A DNA stretch of 63,620 nucleotides from Bacillota bacterium (GCA_012838035.1 DUQB01000159.1:1-63620); one strand, 5' to 3'. Counted from the first letter of the stretch, positions 1 to 10,430 are shown. Notes: a model not told the origin generated them from the letters alone. Translations and numbers: made by a program.

Positions 1-152
1 ACCATTTTATACTTTGCCAAACGTTCCGTACTCCCTTGTGGCGCCTATGGAGGCTATATGAGAATCAGTTACTCGACACGACATACCAATCCGCCGTCAT
101 TTATACGCAGCGAAAAAGCACGCACCACATTTCCCAAGGCTTACCCAAATGC

Positions 153-1184
153 TTAACCTGCTTGTGTATAGAGGGAGACGAGCGCCGCCCCGATGGCCTG
201 TGACAGGTCCCCCAACGTGGCCGGGACAATTTGTATACTGTCTCGTTGCGCCTGCCAGAGGAGTGGAGCCGCAGTATCCCTGATAATACGCATATATCGG
301 GAGCGGAACTCCTCGGTGGTAGCCCCCGGATCCATCAAACCTCCGCCGATGACGACATACTGCGGGTCGAGCGCCATAGCCAGGTTCACGATATGTAAAC
401 CCATCGCTTTAGCCTGCAAGTCGAACAGCTCTTGAGCAAGCGCATCACCTTTTTGCGCTAGACCGCGCAGCGTCAAGGCGCGTTCTTTTGGCGCCATCTG
501 AGATTGGGCGAGCTCGTGGTCCGGGTAATCCGCCAGTTTGTCCGCCAGTAAGTAGGGTAACCCGGATAACGATGTATACACCTCAAAACATCCCCAGGTG
601 CGCCCACAACCGCATGGATAAGGATTAACGTTCAACAAATGCAGAGGTGCGGGCATATGCCCCACTTCCATACCGGCCAGATGATCGCCGTCGAGCGGCA
701 GGCCATTGCTGTCGATATAGGCTCCGCCCAGCCCTGAGCCCGGTGCCAACATGACGACGCTGCCCTTACCGGCACCTCGTACCCGTTGCGCTTCCGCCAC
801 GCCGCCGAAGTTGCCGTCATTACCCACGACCAGCGGAACAGTACGTCCCGTGCGCTTTCGTAGAGCCTCATCATATGCTTTGTGCACATCAAATCCGGCA
901 AAGCTTTCCGGCAAATTCGCCGAACGATCAAGAACACCATAACTGCGGTAGGGACCTGGAATAGCCAAGCCTACGCCCTGCACCTGATCCCAACTGAGAC
1001 CGTTGGTTTGCAAAAAGCCGTCCGCAGCGGCAATCCAACTCTCAACCACGGCGTGGGGTCCCAAGTGTGAATTGGTAGGTCGCTGAATAAGTTGTGTGGA
1101 AATAGCGGTGCCATCTTCCCACACTCCGCCCACTTTGGACGTTGTTGCGCCACAATCGGTACCAATATAGATGGCCTTATGCAT
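153..1184 (-). CDS. ROK family sugar kinase (glucokinase-like)
   Basis: N-terminal DCGATT phosphate-binding motif, GNDGN, EVGH and the CGCG..GC zinc motif, plus GGG near the C-terminus, all typical of ROK kinases. Confidence 0.88.
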   Translation of the reverse strand: MHKAIYIGTDCGATTSKVGGVWEDGTAISTQLIQRPTNSHLGPHAVVESWIAAADGFLQTNGLSWDQVQGVGLAIPGPYRSYGVLDRSANLPESFAGFDVHKAYDEALRKRTGRTVPLVVGNDGNFGGVAEAQRVRGAGKGSVVMLAPGSGLGGAYIDSNGLPLDGDHLAGMEVGHMPAPLHLLNVNPYPCGCGRTWGCFEVYTSLSGLPYLLADKLADYPDHELAQSQMAPKERALTLRGLAQKGDALAQELFDLQAKAMGLHIVNLAMALDPQYVVIGGGLMDPGATTEEFRSRYMRIIRDTAAPLLWQAQRDSIQIVPATLGDLSQAIGAALVSLYTQAG

Positions 1185-1287
1185 GATTATCCCTCCTCCT
1201 ACTCTCCAGCAATGTCAGACAGTACAGCCATTACTCATGATACCATGACAACCGACCGACGACGCAAGAAAAACAAGCGCCGAATCC

Positions 1288-2715
1288 CTAAGCCTGATCT
1301 GATTGCTCCGCCGACTCCACCCAGCTTAAGAAGTCTAAGATGCTGGCGCCGGTATGATAACCCGGATCTGCGTCTGCCGTAGATAATAAATCATCTATTG
1401 GTTCACCTGCGGCGGAGCGAACCCGGTAGGCCATAAGGAACAGATCTTTGCGGACATAGTGTTGAACGAAGGCATTATGCGCCGCGCTTAGAATGCGGAG
1501 GATCTCTTCCTTGAGCTCCGATGCGGCCGCGACTTGGGCGGCAAAGGCAGCCGCACGAATCGTTTCGGGCAGGCTCCACCATGGCATGCGCGCGATCTGC
1601 GGTTTTCTGGTGTTCAAGTCGATAAACTCATGTAAGCCGCCCATCTCGTGATCAAAGCCGTTGTGGAAATTGCGAACGAGGATTTGAGGCAATATGTCCT
1701 CCAGATCCTTGATGCGCCGCTGCTGAACAGGGGTACAAGCCCCGCTCCGTTTGGCCGCATGGGTAAAGCGCAGACCTAAGCCTGTACACTCAATACAGTG
1801 GCCCGGGTTGGACAATATTACGCCGTTCTCCTCGTAGGGTAACCCTTCTGCCGTGGCTACTTCCCAAAAATCGGCAGGAAGTAGAAACGGTGCCTTGTTA
1901 TTGAGATTAACATGGGTGGAGATGACGTGCTCCAACAACTGCAGACCTTTTTCAATCCAGTCCGGTGCGCCGCTGCTGCTCACAATGAGCGCCGCCGTGC
2001 CCAGTTGAATCATGTAGGGACCTTGCTGTTGCTGTCCTGTAGGCGGTGGCTGCGGACCGCTCTCCGGATCAACGGCCCGTTCCATTACGGCAAAACGGTT
2101 CTCCAGGATGGCTCGGTTGACCGCCTCACAGTACTCCAATGCCTCGGCTTCCACGTCTTGCCGTTGCAGGTATCTAGCGGCCGCATACATGCCTTTGGCA
2201 CAGAAGAGATCGCTATATGCATAGATTTGGTCCGACCACCGAATTGGTATCGCGGTACCGGTAGTATCTATGGTGAACGGCTTGCCGTCCGGATGCATTA
2301 GAAAGAATATATGGCCGTTATTCTTATCCCTTATGCGACGTAGCGCAGCCAGTACATGAGTAATGACGCTTTCCAAACGAGGGAGCAAGTCCGAGCCTTG
2401 CGCCAAATGCGGATGCGTCCGCAACCATTGACAGTGTGCTACCACCGCTTCCAAGCCTCGGCCTTGTATCCAGCCATAAACGCTTTGCGGACCGCCGTAG
2501 ATGTCGGTGACGGCAAAATCCTTGCCCGTAAGTACATCGATCTTCATATCGATATAAGGATATTCGGGGTGACGTTCATATCGATCAGCCAATACGGACA
2601 TGATGGAAAACAGCATGGCTTCGTAGTCGTGGAAAACTGCATCCAAATCAGCCATGCCGGGTCGCTCCGGCAGCAGCTGACCTTGATACGCGAAACGTGC
2701 GTCGAAGAGGGACAT
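1288..2715 (-). CDS. AGE-family (N-acylglucosamine 2-epimerase-like) sugar epimerase/isomerase
   Basis: WIQGRG, NPGHCIE, GLHE and PWWSLPE motifs resemble the AGE/cellobiose epimerase catalytic Arg/His/Trp motifs; directly upstream of the ROK gene. Confidence 0.65.
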   Translation of the reverse strand: MSLFDARFAYQGQLLPERPGMADLDAVFHDYEAMLFSIMSVLADRYERHPEYPYIDMKIDVLTGKDFAVTDIYGGPQSVYGWIQGRGLEAVVAHCQWLRTHPHLAQGSDLLPRLESVITHVLAALRRIRDKNNGHIFFLMHPDGKPFTIDTTGTAIPIRWSDQIYAYSDLFCAKGMYAAARYLQRQDVEAEALEYCEAVNRAILENRFAVMERAVDPESGPQPPPTGQQQQGPYMIQLGTAALIVSSSGAPDWIEKGLQLLEHVISTHVNLNNKAPFLLPADFWEVATAEGLPYEENGVILSNPGHCIECTGLGLRFTHAAKRSGACTPVQQRRIKDLEDILPQILVRNFHNGFDHEMGGLHEFIDLNTRKPQIARMPWWSLPETIRAAAFAAQVAAASELKEEILRILSAAHNAFVQHYVRKDLFLMAYRVRSAAGEPIDDLLSTADADPGYHTGASILDFLSWVESAEQSDQA

Positions 2716-2840
2716 TGCTCATCTCACTCCCAGTGATTTGATGGTGATGATCAGTTGGTGCCAATTACACGGTTATGGTGCTACATTCATGTTCGCAATC
2801 GAAAGGCATCCCACCTGCTTGATGTTTAGCGGATTGACTT

Positions 2841-2880
2841 AAAAACAAAACGCTCATCTGAACATGCATCAGAAGAGCGT
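2841..2880 (-). terminator. Intrinsic terminator (second one downstream of tRNA-Pro)
   Basis: ACGCTC-TCTGA / TCAGA-GAGCGT hairpin followed by TTTGTTTTT on the minus strand. Confidence 0.65.
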
Positions 2881-2883
2881 AGC

Positions 2884-2911
2884 TGGTCGGGCGGGTATGA
2901 TGCGAGCTTGC
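2884..2911 (-). repeat. Degenerate direct repeat of the tRNA-Pro 3' end (att-like scar)
   Basis: 22 of 28 nt identical to 2984-3011 at an exact 100-bp offset, including the CCA end. Confidence 0.6.
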
Positions 2912-2946
2912 CGGACGCCCGGTATGGTCGATCTATGGACGGTAGG

Positions 2947-2984
2947 ACAAAAACCCGCATAGCCTTTAGCCATGCGGGTTTTGT
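2947..2984 (-). terminator. Inverted repeat / intrinsic terminator abutting the tRNA-Pro 3' end
   Basis: Perfect 11-bp arms AAAACCCGCAT (2950-2960) and ATGCGGGTTTT (2972-2982), with a U-tract on the minus strand. Confidence 0.7.
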
Positions 2985-3062
2985 GGTCGGGCTGACAAGA
3001 TTCGAACTTGCGACCTCTTGACCCCCAGTCAAGCGCGCTAAACCAAACTGCGCCACAGCCCG
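2984..3062 (-). tRNA. tRNA-Pro (anticodon GGG)
   Basis: Cloverleaf with acceptor stem CGGGCTG/CAGCCCG, anticodon arm CTTGA-CTGGGGG-TCAAG, T-loop TTCGAAT, and encoded ACCA end. Confidence 0.97.
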
Positions 3063-3103
3063 AAATATGTTGCTGATAGATTTGATTGCTACCAGCAAAC
3101 ATT

Positions 3104-3132
3104 AGGATACCACAATCGCAAGTAAAGCACAA
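3104..3132 (-). promoter_or_regulatory. Putative sigma-A promoter for tRNA-Pro
   Basis: TTGTGC-N17-TATCCT with an extended -10 TG. Confidence 0.4.
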
Positions 3133-3192
3133 GAGCACGCACGGATTTTAAGTGCTAAAATCTACAGCCTGGTGGACGGCCGGCTATGCCCT

Positions 3193-4425
3193 CTATGCTT
3201 CCATCGACTTTACCGCATCGAGTTGGAACTTTCTGTGTAAGGCTTGTGCCGCACGCTTAATGTGCTCTTCGGCGATCAAGCAAGACACCTTGATCTCAGA
3301 GGTGCTGATCACCTGGATATTGATGTCTTCTTCCGCAAGCGCTTCGAACATACGTGCCGCAACCCCCGGATTGCTCACCATTCCCGCACCGACAATCGAG
3401 ATCTTAGCTACGGTGTCGTCGATCAATACATCACCGGCTCCCAGATCCTGCGCAACAGCCTCAGCTATTTCCCTGACTCTGACCACGTCGTCGCGACTGG
3501 TCGAGAAAACCATATCGGTTACGTTCAGCTCCTTATTGGTCTGGACGATCATATCGACGTTGATTCCCTCTACTGCCAGGCGAGAGAATATGTTGTAGGC
3601 CACGCCGGGGCGGTCGGGAACACTGAGAATAGCAACCTTTGCGACGTTTGTATCGTGAGCCACACCTACTACCAGCATGTCTTTTTCCACTTGGCGTTCC
3701 TCCTGTACAAGGGTGCCCGGATGATAATTATAGCTATTGCGCACACAGAGACGTACTTGGTTCATCGCGGCAAATTCCACTGCGCGAGGCTGTAACACCA
3801 AAGCTCCCAAGCTGGCCATCTCCAGCATCTCCCCATAGGAGATGTCGGTGAGCTTGCGCGCGGTGGATACAATACGCGGATCCGCCGTGTAGACTCCGTC
3901 TACGTCAGTATAAATTTCGCAGACTTCCGCCTGGATTGCCGCAGCCAGTGCGACAGCCGTCGTATCAGAACCGCCTCGTCCTAAGGTGGTGATGTCATTC
4001 CGGCTGTTGACACCTTGAAAACCGGCCACGATGACGATCCGTCCCGCATTAAGCTCTTCTTGGAGTCGCTTGGTGTCCACATGCTTTATGCGAGCCTTCG
4101 TGTGTACGTCATCAGTAAGGATGCCGACCTGCTGTCCCGTCAGCGAGATGACCGGAGCGCCCAGCGCTTCGATGGCCATCGCCAAAAGGGCGATGGAGAC
4201 CTGCTCTCCCGTTGAAAGCAGCATATCCATCTCTCGGCGCGCAGGTTTGCTGTTCACCTGCTTTGCTTTAGCAATGAGCTCGTCCGTGGTGTCACCCATG
4301 GCTGAAACCACCGTGATGACGCTCCACCCATCCTTGTATGCCTTTACAACACGTTCGGCAACTGCTTTTATCCGCTCGGCGTCTTTGACCGAACTACCGC
4401 CATACTTCTGCACTAGAACGCGCAT
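3193..4425 (-). CDS. lysC: Aspartate kinase with two ACT domains
   Basis: [25 protein letters not shown] and [12 protein letters not shown] motifs; C-terminal ACT repeats. Confidence 0.96.
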   Translation of the reverse strand: MRVLVQKYGGSSVKDAERIKAVAERVVKAYKDGWSVITVVSAMGDTTDELIAKAKQVNSKPARREMDMLLSTGEQVSIALLAMAIEALGAPVISLTGQQVGILTDDVHTKARIKHVDTKRLQEELNAGRIVIVAGFQGVNSRNDITTLGRGGSDTTAVALAAAIQAEVCEIYTDVDGVYTADPRIVSTARKLTDISYGEMLEMASLGALVLQPRAVEFAAMNQVRLCVRNSYNYHPGTLVQEERQVEKDMLVVGVAHDTNVAKVAILSVPDRPGVAYNIFSRLAVEGINVDMIVQTNKELNVTDMVFSTSRDDVVRVREIAEAVAQDLGAGDVLIDDTVAKISIVGAGMVSNPGVAARMFEALAEEDINIQVISTSEIKVSCLIAEEHIKRAAQALHRKFQLDAVKSMEA

Positions 4426-4462
4426 ATGTCTCCCCCATCGAAGCTGTTCAAAGTGTGTACTA

Positions 4463-5389
4463 CTAATGCTCGCGTGCCATCGTCACTACGGAAGCACCTT
4501 TGTTGCAAGGCATCGTCACAAGGTACCGCGCCGATACGCCTGCCGCCGCAAAAGCCGCCGTCATCGCCTCACCAATGGAATCGGCATCTGCGGCATCTGT
4601 GGTCAATGCCATAACCGTAGGGCCGGCTCCCGCCAAGGCTGCACCTAATGCGCCTGCATCTACTGCTGCAAGGCATACCTCTTGCAAGCCGGGAATCAGG
4701 TGCGATCTATACGGTTGATGTAATTTATCTTGCATGGCTTGGGCCAACATCTGCAACTGCCCCGTACACAGCGCAGCCACCAGTAGACTGACGCGACTCA
4801 CGTTGTGAGCAGCATCAGCAAGAGGTACATGACTAGGCAGCACCTGTCGCGCCAGCGCGGTATTTACCGTAAAAGCAGGTACGGTGAGTACAACGTAACA
4901 CGGATCAGGTAATGGTATACTGATGTAGGTTACCTGATTCGTATCAAACACGCAGGTGACAAGGCCGCCCACCAAGGCAGGCACCACGTTGTCGGGATGA
5001 CCTTCAATGACGGTCGCCGCGTGCAGCAACTGTTGGGCGCTTAAAGGTTCTCCCGCCACCGCATTCGCCGCCAGCACGCCGGCTGCCACAGCAGTCGCAC
5101 TGTTGCCTAAGCCCCCGGCAAAAGGCACTTGATTATGCTGCCTGAGGTGGAATCCCGGCGGCGCCTCGCGCCCCAAGCGCCTTAAGGTCGCAGTATATGC
5201 GCGATAGACCAAATGTTGATCATTTTTTGGCAACAGGTCTGCGCCTTCACCCGAGATCTTGATACTGACACCCGGTTGATCGCTGATGGTAAAACTGTAA
5301 CGATTATACAGCGCGACAGCCATGCCTAAGGCATCGAAACCGGGGCCGAAGTTGGCTACGCTCGCCGGTACTTCCAGTGCAATATTCAT
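4463..5389 (-). CDS. thrB: Homoserine kinase
   Basis: [23 protein letters not shown] (GHMP kinase motif), EGHPDNV, LHQPYR. Confidence 0.95.
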   Translation of the reverse strand: MNIALEVPASVANFGPGFDALGMAVALYNRYSFTISDQPGVSIKISGEGADLLPKNDQHLVYRAYTATLRRLGREAPPGFHLRQHNQVPFAGGLGNSATAVAAGVLAANAVAGEPLSAQQLLHAATVIEGHPDNVVPALVGGLVTCVFDTNQVTYISIPLPDPCYVVLTVPAFTVNTALARQVLPSHVPLADAAHNVSRVSLLVAALCTGQLQMLAQAMQDKLHQPYRSHLIPGLQEVCLAAVDAGALGAALAGAGPTVMALTTDAADADSIGEAMTAAFAAAGVSARYLVTMPCNKGASVVTMAREH

Positions 5390-5415
5390 AGGATTTTCGC
5401 CGCCTCAACGTGTCT

Positions 5416-6477
5416 CTACAACTCTGCCAGAACGGCTTTCTCAACTGCCGCCATGGTTGCATCCAGAATCACGGGTTCCGCAGACTCGGCAATAGCTCTA
5501 TCCGGATCTTTCAAACCATGACCTGTAAGTACGCAGACTACCGTAGGTCGGCCTGTAAAAAAACCGCGGCGACTCAGCTGAATTACGCCGGCAACCGAAG
5601 CTGCCGAAGCCGGTTCGCAAAAGACGCCTTCATAGCGAGCCAACAGTTTGTAGGCTTCCACAATCTGATCGTCAGTGATCGCCTCTATCAGCCCACCTGA
5701 TTCGTCCCGTGCCGCAACCGCTTTTTCCCAACTGGCCGGATTGCCGATTTTGATCGCGGTAGCCAAGGTCTGCGGATCCTCAATGGGATGTCCTGCAACG
5801 ATGGGCGCTGCCCCGGCCGCTTGAAACCCGATCATCTTAGGTGTACGCGTGCTTTTTCCTGCTGCCCGGTACTCTTTGAATCCCTGCCAATAAGCCGTAA
5901 TATTACCGGCGTTGCCGACGGGAATGGCCAGGTAATCCGGCGCTTCACCCAACGTGTCCACAATCTCGAAAGCAGCCGTTTTCTGCCCCTCTATACGAAA
6001 CGGGTTGATGGAGTTCACTAAAGTGATGGGATACTCATCGGTCAATTTGCGTACCAATTGCAGCGCAGCATCAAAGTTGCCTCTAATAGCCAGCACTTTG
6101 CTGCCATGCATGACGGCTTGGCTCAGTTTCCCCATTGCGATGGAACCTTCAGGAATGAGAACAATGGCGGATATTCCGGCACGAGCGGCATAAGCAGCTG
6201 CAGACGCCGACGTGTTGCCTGTAGAGGCGCACATGATCGCCTTAGATCCTTGCTCTACCGCCTTGGATACGGCCATAGTCATGCCGCGGTCCTTAAACGA
6301 ACCTGTCGGGTTTAATCCTTCATACTTAAAATAGAGCCGGCCTGGAAAGTCGATCGCCTTGGCCAAGTTCACAGCTGGAACCAAAGGCGTGTTTCCTTCC
6401 TGCAGTGTGACCACCGGTGTTTTTTCGCTTACGGGCAAATATTGTCGGTACTCCTCAATGAGGCCTCGCCATGCCAT
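5416..6477 (-). CDS. thrC: Threonine synthase
   Basis: [13 protein letters not shown] (PLP lysine), [17 protein letters not shown]; Bacillus-type short ThrC. Confidence 0.96.
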   Translation of the reverse strand: MAWRGLIEEYRQYLPVSEKTPVVTLQEGNTPLVPAVNLAKAIDFPGRLYFKYEGLNPTGSFKDRGMTMAVSKAVEQGSKAIMCASTGNTSASAAAYAARAGISAIVLIPEGSIAMGKLSQAVMHGSKVLAIRGNFDAALQLVRKLTDEYPITLVNSINPFRIEGQKTAAFEIVDTLGEAPDYLAIPVGNAGNITAYWQGFKEYRAAGKSTRTPKMIGFQAAGAAPIVAGHPIEDPQTLATAIKIGNPASWEKAVAARDESGGLIEAITDDQIVEAYKLLARYEGVFCEPASAASVAGVIQLSRRGFFTGRPTVVCVLTGHGLKDPDRAIAESAEPVILDATMAAVEKAVLAEL

Positions 6478-7775
6478 TATGCTTCACCTTCAACTCGAAT
6501 GACGTTATAAATCTCTCGCACCACAGGCAGGTCCTTAATGCGGTCAAGAGCGGCTTGTAGGTCGCGCTCGATCACTTGGTGAGTAACAAACGCTAAGGTG
6601 ACCGGATCTTGCTTCTGACCTTTTTGGATCATAGACTCTATACTTACGTTCGATTCGCCGAAGACTGCCGCAATTGTCGCTAATACGCCCGGGCGATCAA
6701 CTACACGGAGATTGATGTAATACCGGGAGGATGTTTCCGTAATGGATTTCAATTTGCTTGGCTCGCGATGACCGTTCCGAGGAGCACTTACGCCGCGGCG
6801 AATATTGTGGGCGGCGTCTATACAATCCGCCACTACCGCGCTGCCGGTGGGGAGGGAGCCTGCGCCTCGCCCGTAAAACATCAGGTCGCCTACGGCATCG
6901 CCTTGTACAAACACAGCGTTAAAAACATCATTTACGCTCGCCAGGGGATGTTTAGCCGGAATCATGGTTGGATGCACGCGAGCCTCAATAGCATCACCAT
7001 CGGATTTGGCGATAGCCAACAGCTTAACCACAAAGCCCAGTTGCTCGGCATACGCCAAATCCTCGGGAGTGATCTTGGTGATCCCCTCACGATACACTTG
7101 GTTCACGTCGATATCGGCCTCGAATGCGATTGAAGCCAAAATGGCCAGCTTATAGGCAGCATCGTCGCCTTCCACATCCGACGTAGGATCCGGTTCCGCA
7201 TAGCCCAACCGCTGCGCATCAGCCAGGACATCCGCAAACGACAAACTTTCGTTAGCCATGCGGGTCAACATATAGTTGGTCGTCCCATTGATGATACCCA
7301 TAAGGGTTTGCGTCTTGTTTGCCGCCAACGACTCCTTAAAGGCCTTAATGATGGGAATACCGCCTGCCACTGCCGCTTCGAAGTATAAGCCGCCCCGGCC
7401 TTCAGCCAAGGCCGCATACAACTCGTTGGCGTGTTTGGCCAAGACTTCCTTATTGGCTGTAACAACATGCTTACCGGCTTTCAGCGCCGCGATGATATAA
7501 CTGCGGGCCGGTTCCGTGGTGCCGCCGCTGCATCCAATCGTTTCGACAATGATGGGAATCTCCGGGTCGTTTATCAACGACCAGGCGTCGGTTGTCAACA
7601 AAGACCGCGGTACGACAACCTGCCGCGGTTTGTCGATTGAGCGCACCAATACCCCCGCTACCTCCAAGCTACCGGCGGCCCGCCGTGCAATTTGCTCGCT
7701 GTTGCGTTGGAGTATCTCCCACACGCCGCTACCAACATTTCCCAAGCCTAACAGCCCGACTTTAATAGGGTCCAA
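6477..7775 (-). CDS. hom: Homoserine dehydrogenase with C-terminal ACT domain
   Basis: GLGNVG Rossmann motif, [29 protein letters not shown]; TTG start after a GGAGG SD. Confidence 0.96.
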   Translation of the reverse strand: MDPIKVGLLGLGNVGSGVWEILQRNSEQIARRAAGSLEVAGVLVRSIDKPRQVVVPRSLLTTDAWSLINDPEIPIIVETIGCSGGTTEPARSYIIAALKAGKHVVTANKEVLAKHANELYAALAEGRGGLYFEAAVAGGIPIIKAFKESLAANKTQTLMGIINGTTNYMLTRMANESLSFADVLADAQRLGYAEPDPTSDVEGDDAAYKLAILASIAFEADIDVNQVYREGITKITPEDLAYAEQLGFVVKLLAIAKSDGDAIEARVHPTMIPAKHPLASVNDVFNAVFVQGDAVGDLMFYGRGAGSLPTGSAVVADCIDAAHNIRRGVSAPRNGHREPSKLKSITETSSRYYINLRVVDRPGVLATIAAVFGESNVSIESMIQKGQKQDPVTLAFVTHQVIERDLQAALDRIKDLPVVREIYNVIRVEGEA

Positions 7776-7810
7776 AGGCTTTCCCTCCGCATGTGCATAA
7801 CTAAGTTGAT

Positions 7811-7840
7811 ATTATAGCACACATCAGCAGATCAGGTAAA
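7811..7840 (-). promoter_or_regulatory. Putative sigma-A promoter of the hom-thrC-thrB-lysC operon
   Basis: TTTACC-N18-TATAAT with extended -10 TG, about 35 nt upstream of the hom start. Confidence 0.5.
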
Positions 7841-7923
7841 TCATAGGAAGTGAGTCGCAGGTCTTCCGGCAGAAAAACCACGTTTGCGTCATAACCGGCG
7901 CGCAAAACGCTATCCGCTAAGGA

Positions 7924-7971
7924 CAACAAAAGCCCGACTCAGCCGGTATTCACAACCAGTTGATCGGGCTT
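7924..7971 (-). terminator. Intrinsic terminator after hup
   Basis: AAGCCCGA...TCGGGCTT hairpin with inner pairing, followed by TTGTT. Confidence 0.7.
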
Positions 7972-7998
7972 GACAAGGATATTTCTCTTACGTTGAAA

Positions 7999-8271
7999 CT
8001 ACTTCACAGCATCCTTGAGCAACTTACCGGGCCGAAACACAGCAGAAGCGCGAGCTGGAATGATGATTTCCTCACCGGTCTGCGGATTGCGACCACGCCG
8101 TTCGTCTCGCTGACGCACCTCAAATGTGCCGAAACCTGTCAATTGTACCTTATCACCTTCCGCCAAAGCGCGACTAATGCAGTCAAGCATAGCGTCGACG
8201 CCGGCGGCGGCAGCCTTTTTCGTCATATTGGCGCGTTGAGCAACATCATCAATCAGTTCAGCTTTATTCAT
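7999..8271 (-). CDS. hup: HU DNA-binding protein
   Basis: MNKAELID, VQLTGFGTF and GRNPQTGE signature. Confidence 0.97.
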   Translation of the reverse strand: MNKAELIDDVAQRANMTKKAAAAGVDAMLDCISRALAEGDKVQLTGFGTFEVRQRDERRGRNPQTGEEIIIPARASAVFRPGKLLKDAVK

Positions 8272-8565
8272 CTGCCCACTCCTTCTTCATAGCTTTGGCG
8301 AACGAATGCGAACCACTACCACCATTGCCGTCGTTTGAAAGCCGCCGAACTTGCCGGCTCCTCAGGTCATTGCCATGGTGATCATTTTGTTTGCGGACCT
8401 CTCCCGGGGATATGCATTTTGCACCCAAAACCCACACTTCTGCCATGCCATACGCTCATAGCCTTACCAGGAGTGGGCGTGAATATGCCAAAACCGTGCG
8501 GATTTTGCCGCACAACGCCCATTTTTGCACATCTCGCCTACGCCATTCCCTGCACATAAGTAAGT

Positions 8566-8605
8566 AAGCACCAAGGCGTCGGTGAAGCCTGACGCACTGG
8601 TGCTT
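8566..8605 (-). terminator. Hairpin in the spoIVA-hup intergenic region (possible spoIVA terminator)
   Basis: AAGCACCA/TGGTGCTT outer stem and GCGTC/GACGC inner stem; weak U-tract. Confidence 0.4.
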
Positions 8606-8741
8606 CCGGGGGGATGGAGAGCCTTGGCATACAATAGCTATCCATAAGGGAGGCCTTTGTTCTTTAGTTCCCAGCCGGTATCACTCCGAACAGTGAGCGA
8701 TTTCGGCGACAAGGCACGCATAACCGCCGTACGCCGTCAGG

Positions 8742-10223
8742 TTACAGTATGATACAGATCAACCCTCCACTACCCTCGTTCACAATCTTGGTCAGCGTAT
8801 CTTGTAACTTATGCTGCGCATTGTCCGGCATCCGCGTCAGTTTGCTTTGAATGCCTTCACGAATGAGATCCTGCAGCGACTTGCCCAGAAAGTCTGAGTT
8901 CCAAACCTTGTTGGGGTCCTTCTCGTACTCCTCGGTAAGGAAGCGTGCTAGTTCTTCACCTTGCTTCTCGGTACCTACAAACGGCGTCACTTCCGTCATG
9001 ATATTTGCACGCACCATATGAATCGACGGCGCGCTCGCCCTTAGCTTAACCCCAAACTGACCACCCTTGTGGATGATCTCAGGTTCGTCGAAAGTGATAT
9101 CTTCCAATGCGGGCGCCACAATGCCATAACCATGTTTATCCACCTGTTCTAATGCTTCCGCCACTTTGTCATACTCGCGTTTAGCCAATGCCAATTCGGT
9201 CATCAGGCGCAACAGATGATGGTCGCCGGTAATCTCGAAACCGGTGGTCTCTTGCAATACCTCGTAGAACAAGCCTTCTTCCACGGTCATCTGTAATGTT
9301 GCCCTACCCGTGCCCAATTCCATGTCGACCAGCTTGACGCTGGCGATATGCTCAGCTGAGGAGAGCGCTTGCAGCGCATCATCGATGTCGCGCAACCGCC
9401 GGATCGGCTCGACAGCTTCGGCAGCAGCCTGCAGAAACGCTTCTTGTAGCCGATGTCCCTGCTCCAGCTCTTGCACCCATGCCGGCAAGCGTACGCCGAT
9501 TTCACGTACTGGGAACTCAAAGAGCACTTCGTGCAGTAAACCTAGGATATCTACCTGAGTCATTTCAAGACAGTTGACAGGTACTACGGCGACACCGTAC
9601 TTCTTTTCCAACGCCAAAGCCAGTTCCTGGGCAGACCGGCTTTCAGGCTGCGTCGAATTGAGGATCACCAAGAACGGTTTCCCCAGTTCCTTCAGCTCAT
9701 TGATCACACGTTCTTCAGCAGCAACATAAGCCTCTCTCGATATGTCGGTAATAGTACCGTCCGTTACCACAACCAAGCCGATGGTTGAATGCTCAGCCAC
9801 CACCTTGCGCGTGCCGATCTCCGCTGCTTCCGCAAAGGGGATCGGTTGTTCAAACCAGGGCGTACGCACCATCCGGGGACCTTCCTCATCGGCGAAGCCC
9901 TTAGCGCCCTTAACCGGGTAGCCTACGCAATCGACCAATCGCACGTGAAACGTCACGTTGTCCTGCATGGTCAAGGTGACGGGTTCATCGGGCACAAAGT
10001 GCGGCTGCGTGGTCATAATCTGCTTTCCTGCGCCGCTTTGCGGCAGCTCATCCTGAGTGCGCTCTTTCTCATGCACATCCTTGATATTCGGTACCACCAA
10101 CAGATCCATAAATCGCTTAATAAACGTTGATTTCCCGGTGCGAACCGGCCCGACGACGCCGATATATACGCTACCTCCGGTCCGCTCCGTAATATCCCGG
10201 AAGATGTCGAACTTCTCCACCAA
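8742..10223 (-). CDS. spoIVA: Stage IV sporulation protein A
   Basis: YIGVVGPVRTGKSTFIKRFM, ELPQSG and C-terminal GSGGLICIIL signature. Confidence 0.98.
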   Translation of the reverse strand: MVEKFDIFRDITERTGGSVYIGVVGPVRTGKSTFIKRFMDLLVVPNIKDVHEKERTQDELPQSGAGKQIMTTQPHFVPDEPVTLTMQDNVTFHVRLVDCVGYPVKGAKGFADEEGPRMVRTPWFEQPIPFAEAAEIGTRKVVAEHSTIGLVVVTDGTITDISREAYVAAEERVINELKELGKPFLVILNSTQPESRSAQELALALEKKYGVAVVPVNCLEMTQVDILGLLHEVLFEFPVREIGVRLPAWVQELEQGHRLQEAFLQAAAEAVEPIRRLRDIDDALQALSSAEHIASVKLVDMELGTGRATLQMTVEEGLFYEVLQETTGFEITGDHHLLRLMTELALAKREYDKVAEALEQVDKHGYGIVAPALEDITFDEPEIIHKGGQFGVKLRASAPSIHMVRANIMTEVTPFVGTEKQGEELARFLTEEYEKDPNKVWNSDFLGKSLQDLIREGIQSKLTRMPDNAQHKLQDTLTKIVNEGSGGLICIIL

Positions 10224-10304
10224 GCGTCCCTCCTTGGTACTACACGTGCGTCGGTCACCCCATTCCCCCCAGGCAGAATGTGGGCATACCTCGTAAAGTG
10301 ATAC

Positions 10305-10334
10305 ATGTATATGGACGCCCGGTCCTCATTATGC
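10305..10334 (-). promoter_or_regulatory. Sigma-E-type promoter of spoIVA
   Basis: GCATAAT-N14-CATATACAT matches the sigma-E consensus and spacing; spoIVA is sigma-E dependent in B. subtilis. Confidence 0.6.
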
Positions 10335-10357
10335 GTACAGCTTGCCGCATGCGTAAA

Positions 10358-10407
10358 AACAAAACGAAGCGAGAGTGCTGACGTTCGCCAGATCCCACTC
10401 TCGCTTC
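10358..10407 (-). terminator. Intrinsic terminator after der
   Basis: 12-bp arms GAAGCGAGAGTG/CACTCTCGCTTC followed by GTTTTGTTTT on the minus strand. Confidence 0.75.
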
Positions 10408-10430
10408 ACATCCACATTATGGAAATTTCC

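Noticed and set aside
1-37. Possible gene start on the minus strand (AAGGGAG SD, TTG at 20, MAKYKM...)
   Set aside because: Only six codons lie inside the window, so it cannot be supported as a feature
8264-8446. 60-aa ORF overlapping the hup start
   Set aside because: No SD, low-complexity content, and it runs through the hup SD region; likely spurious
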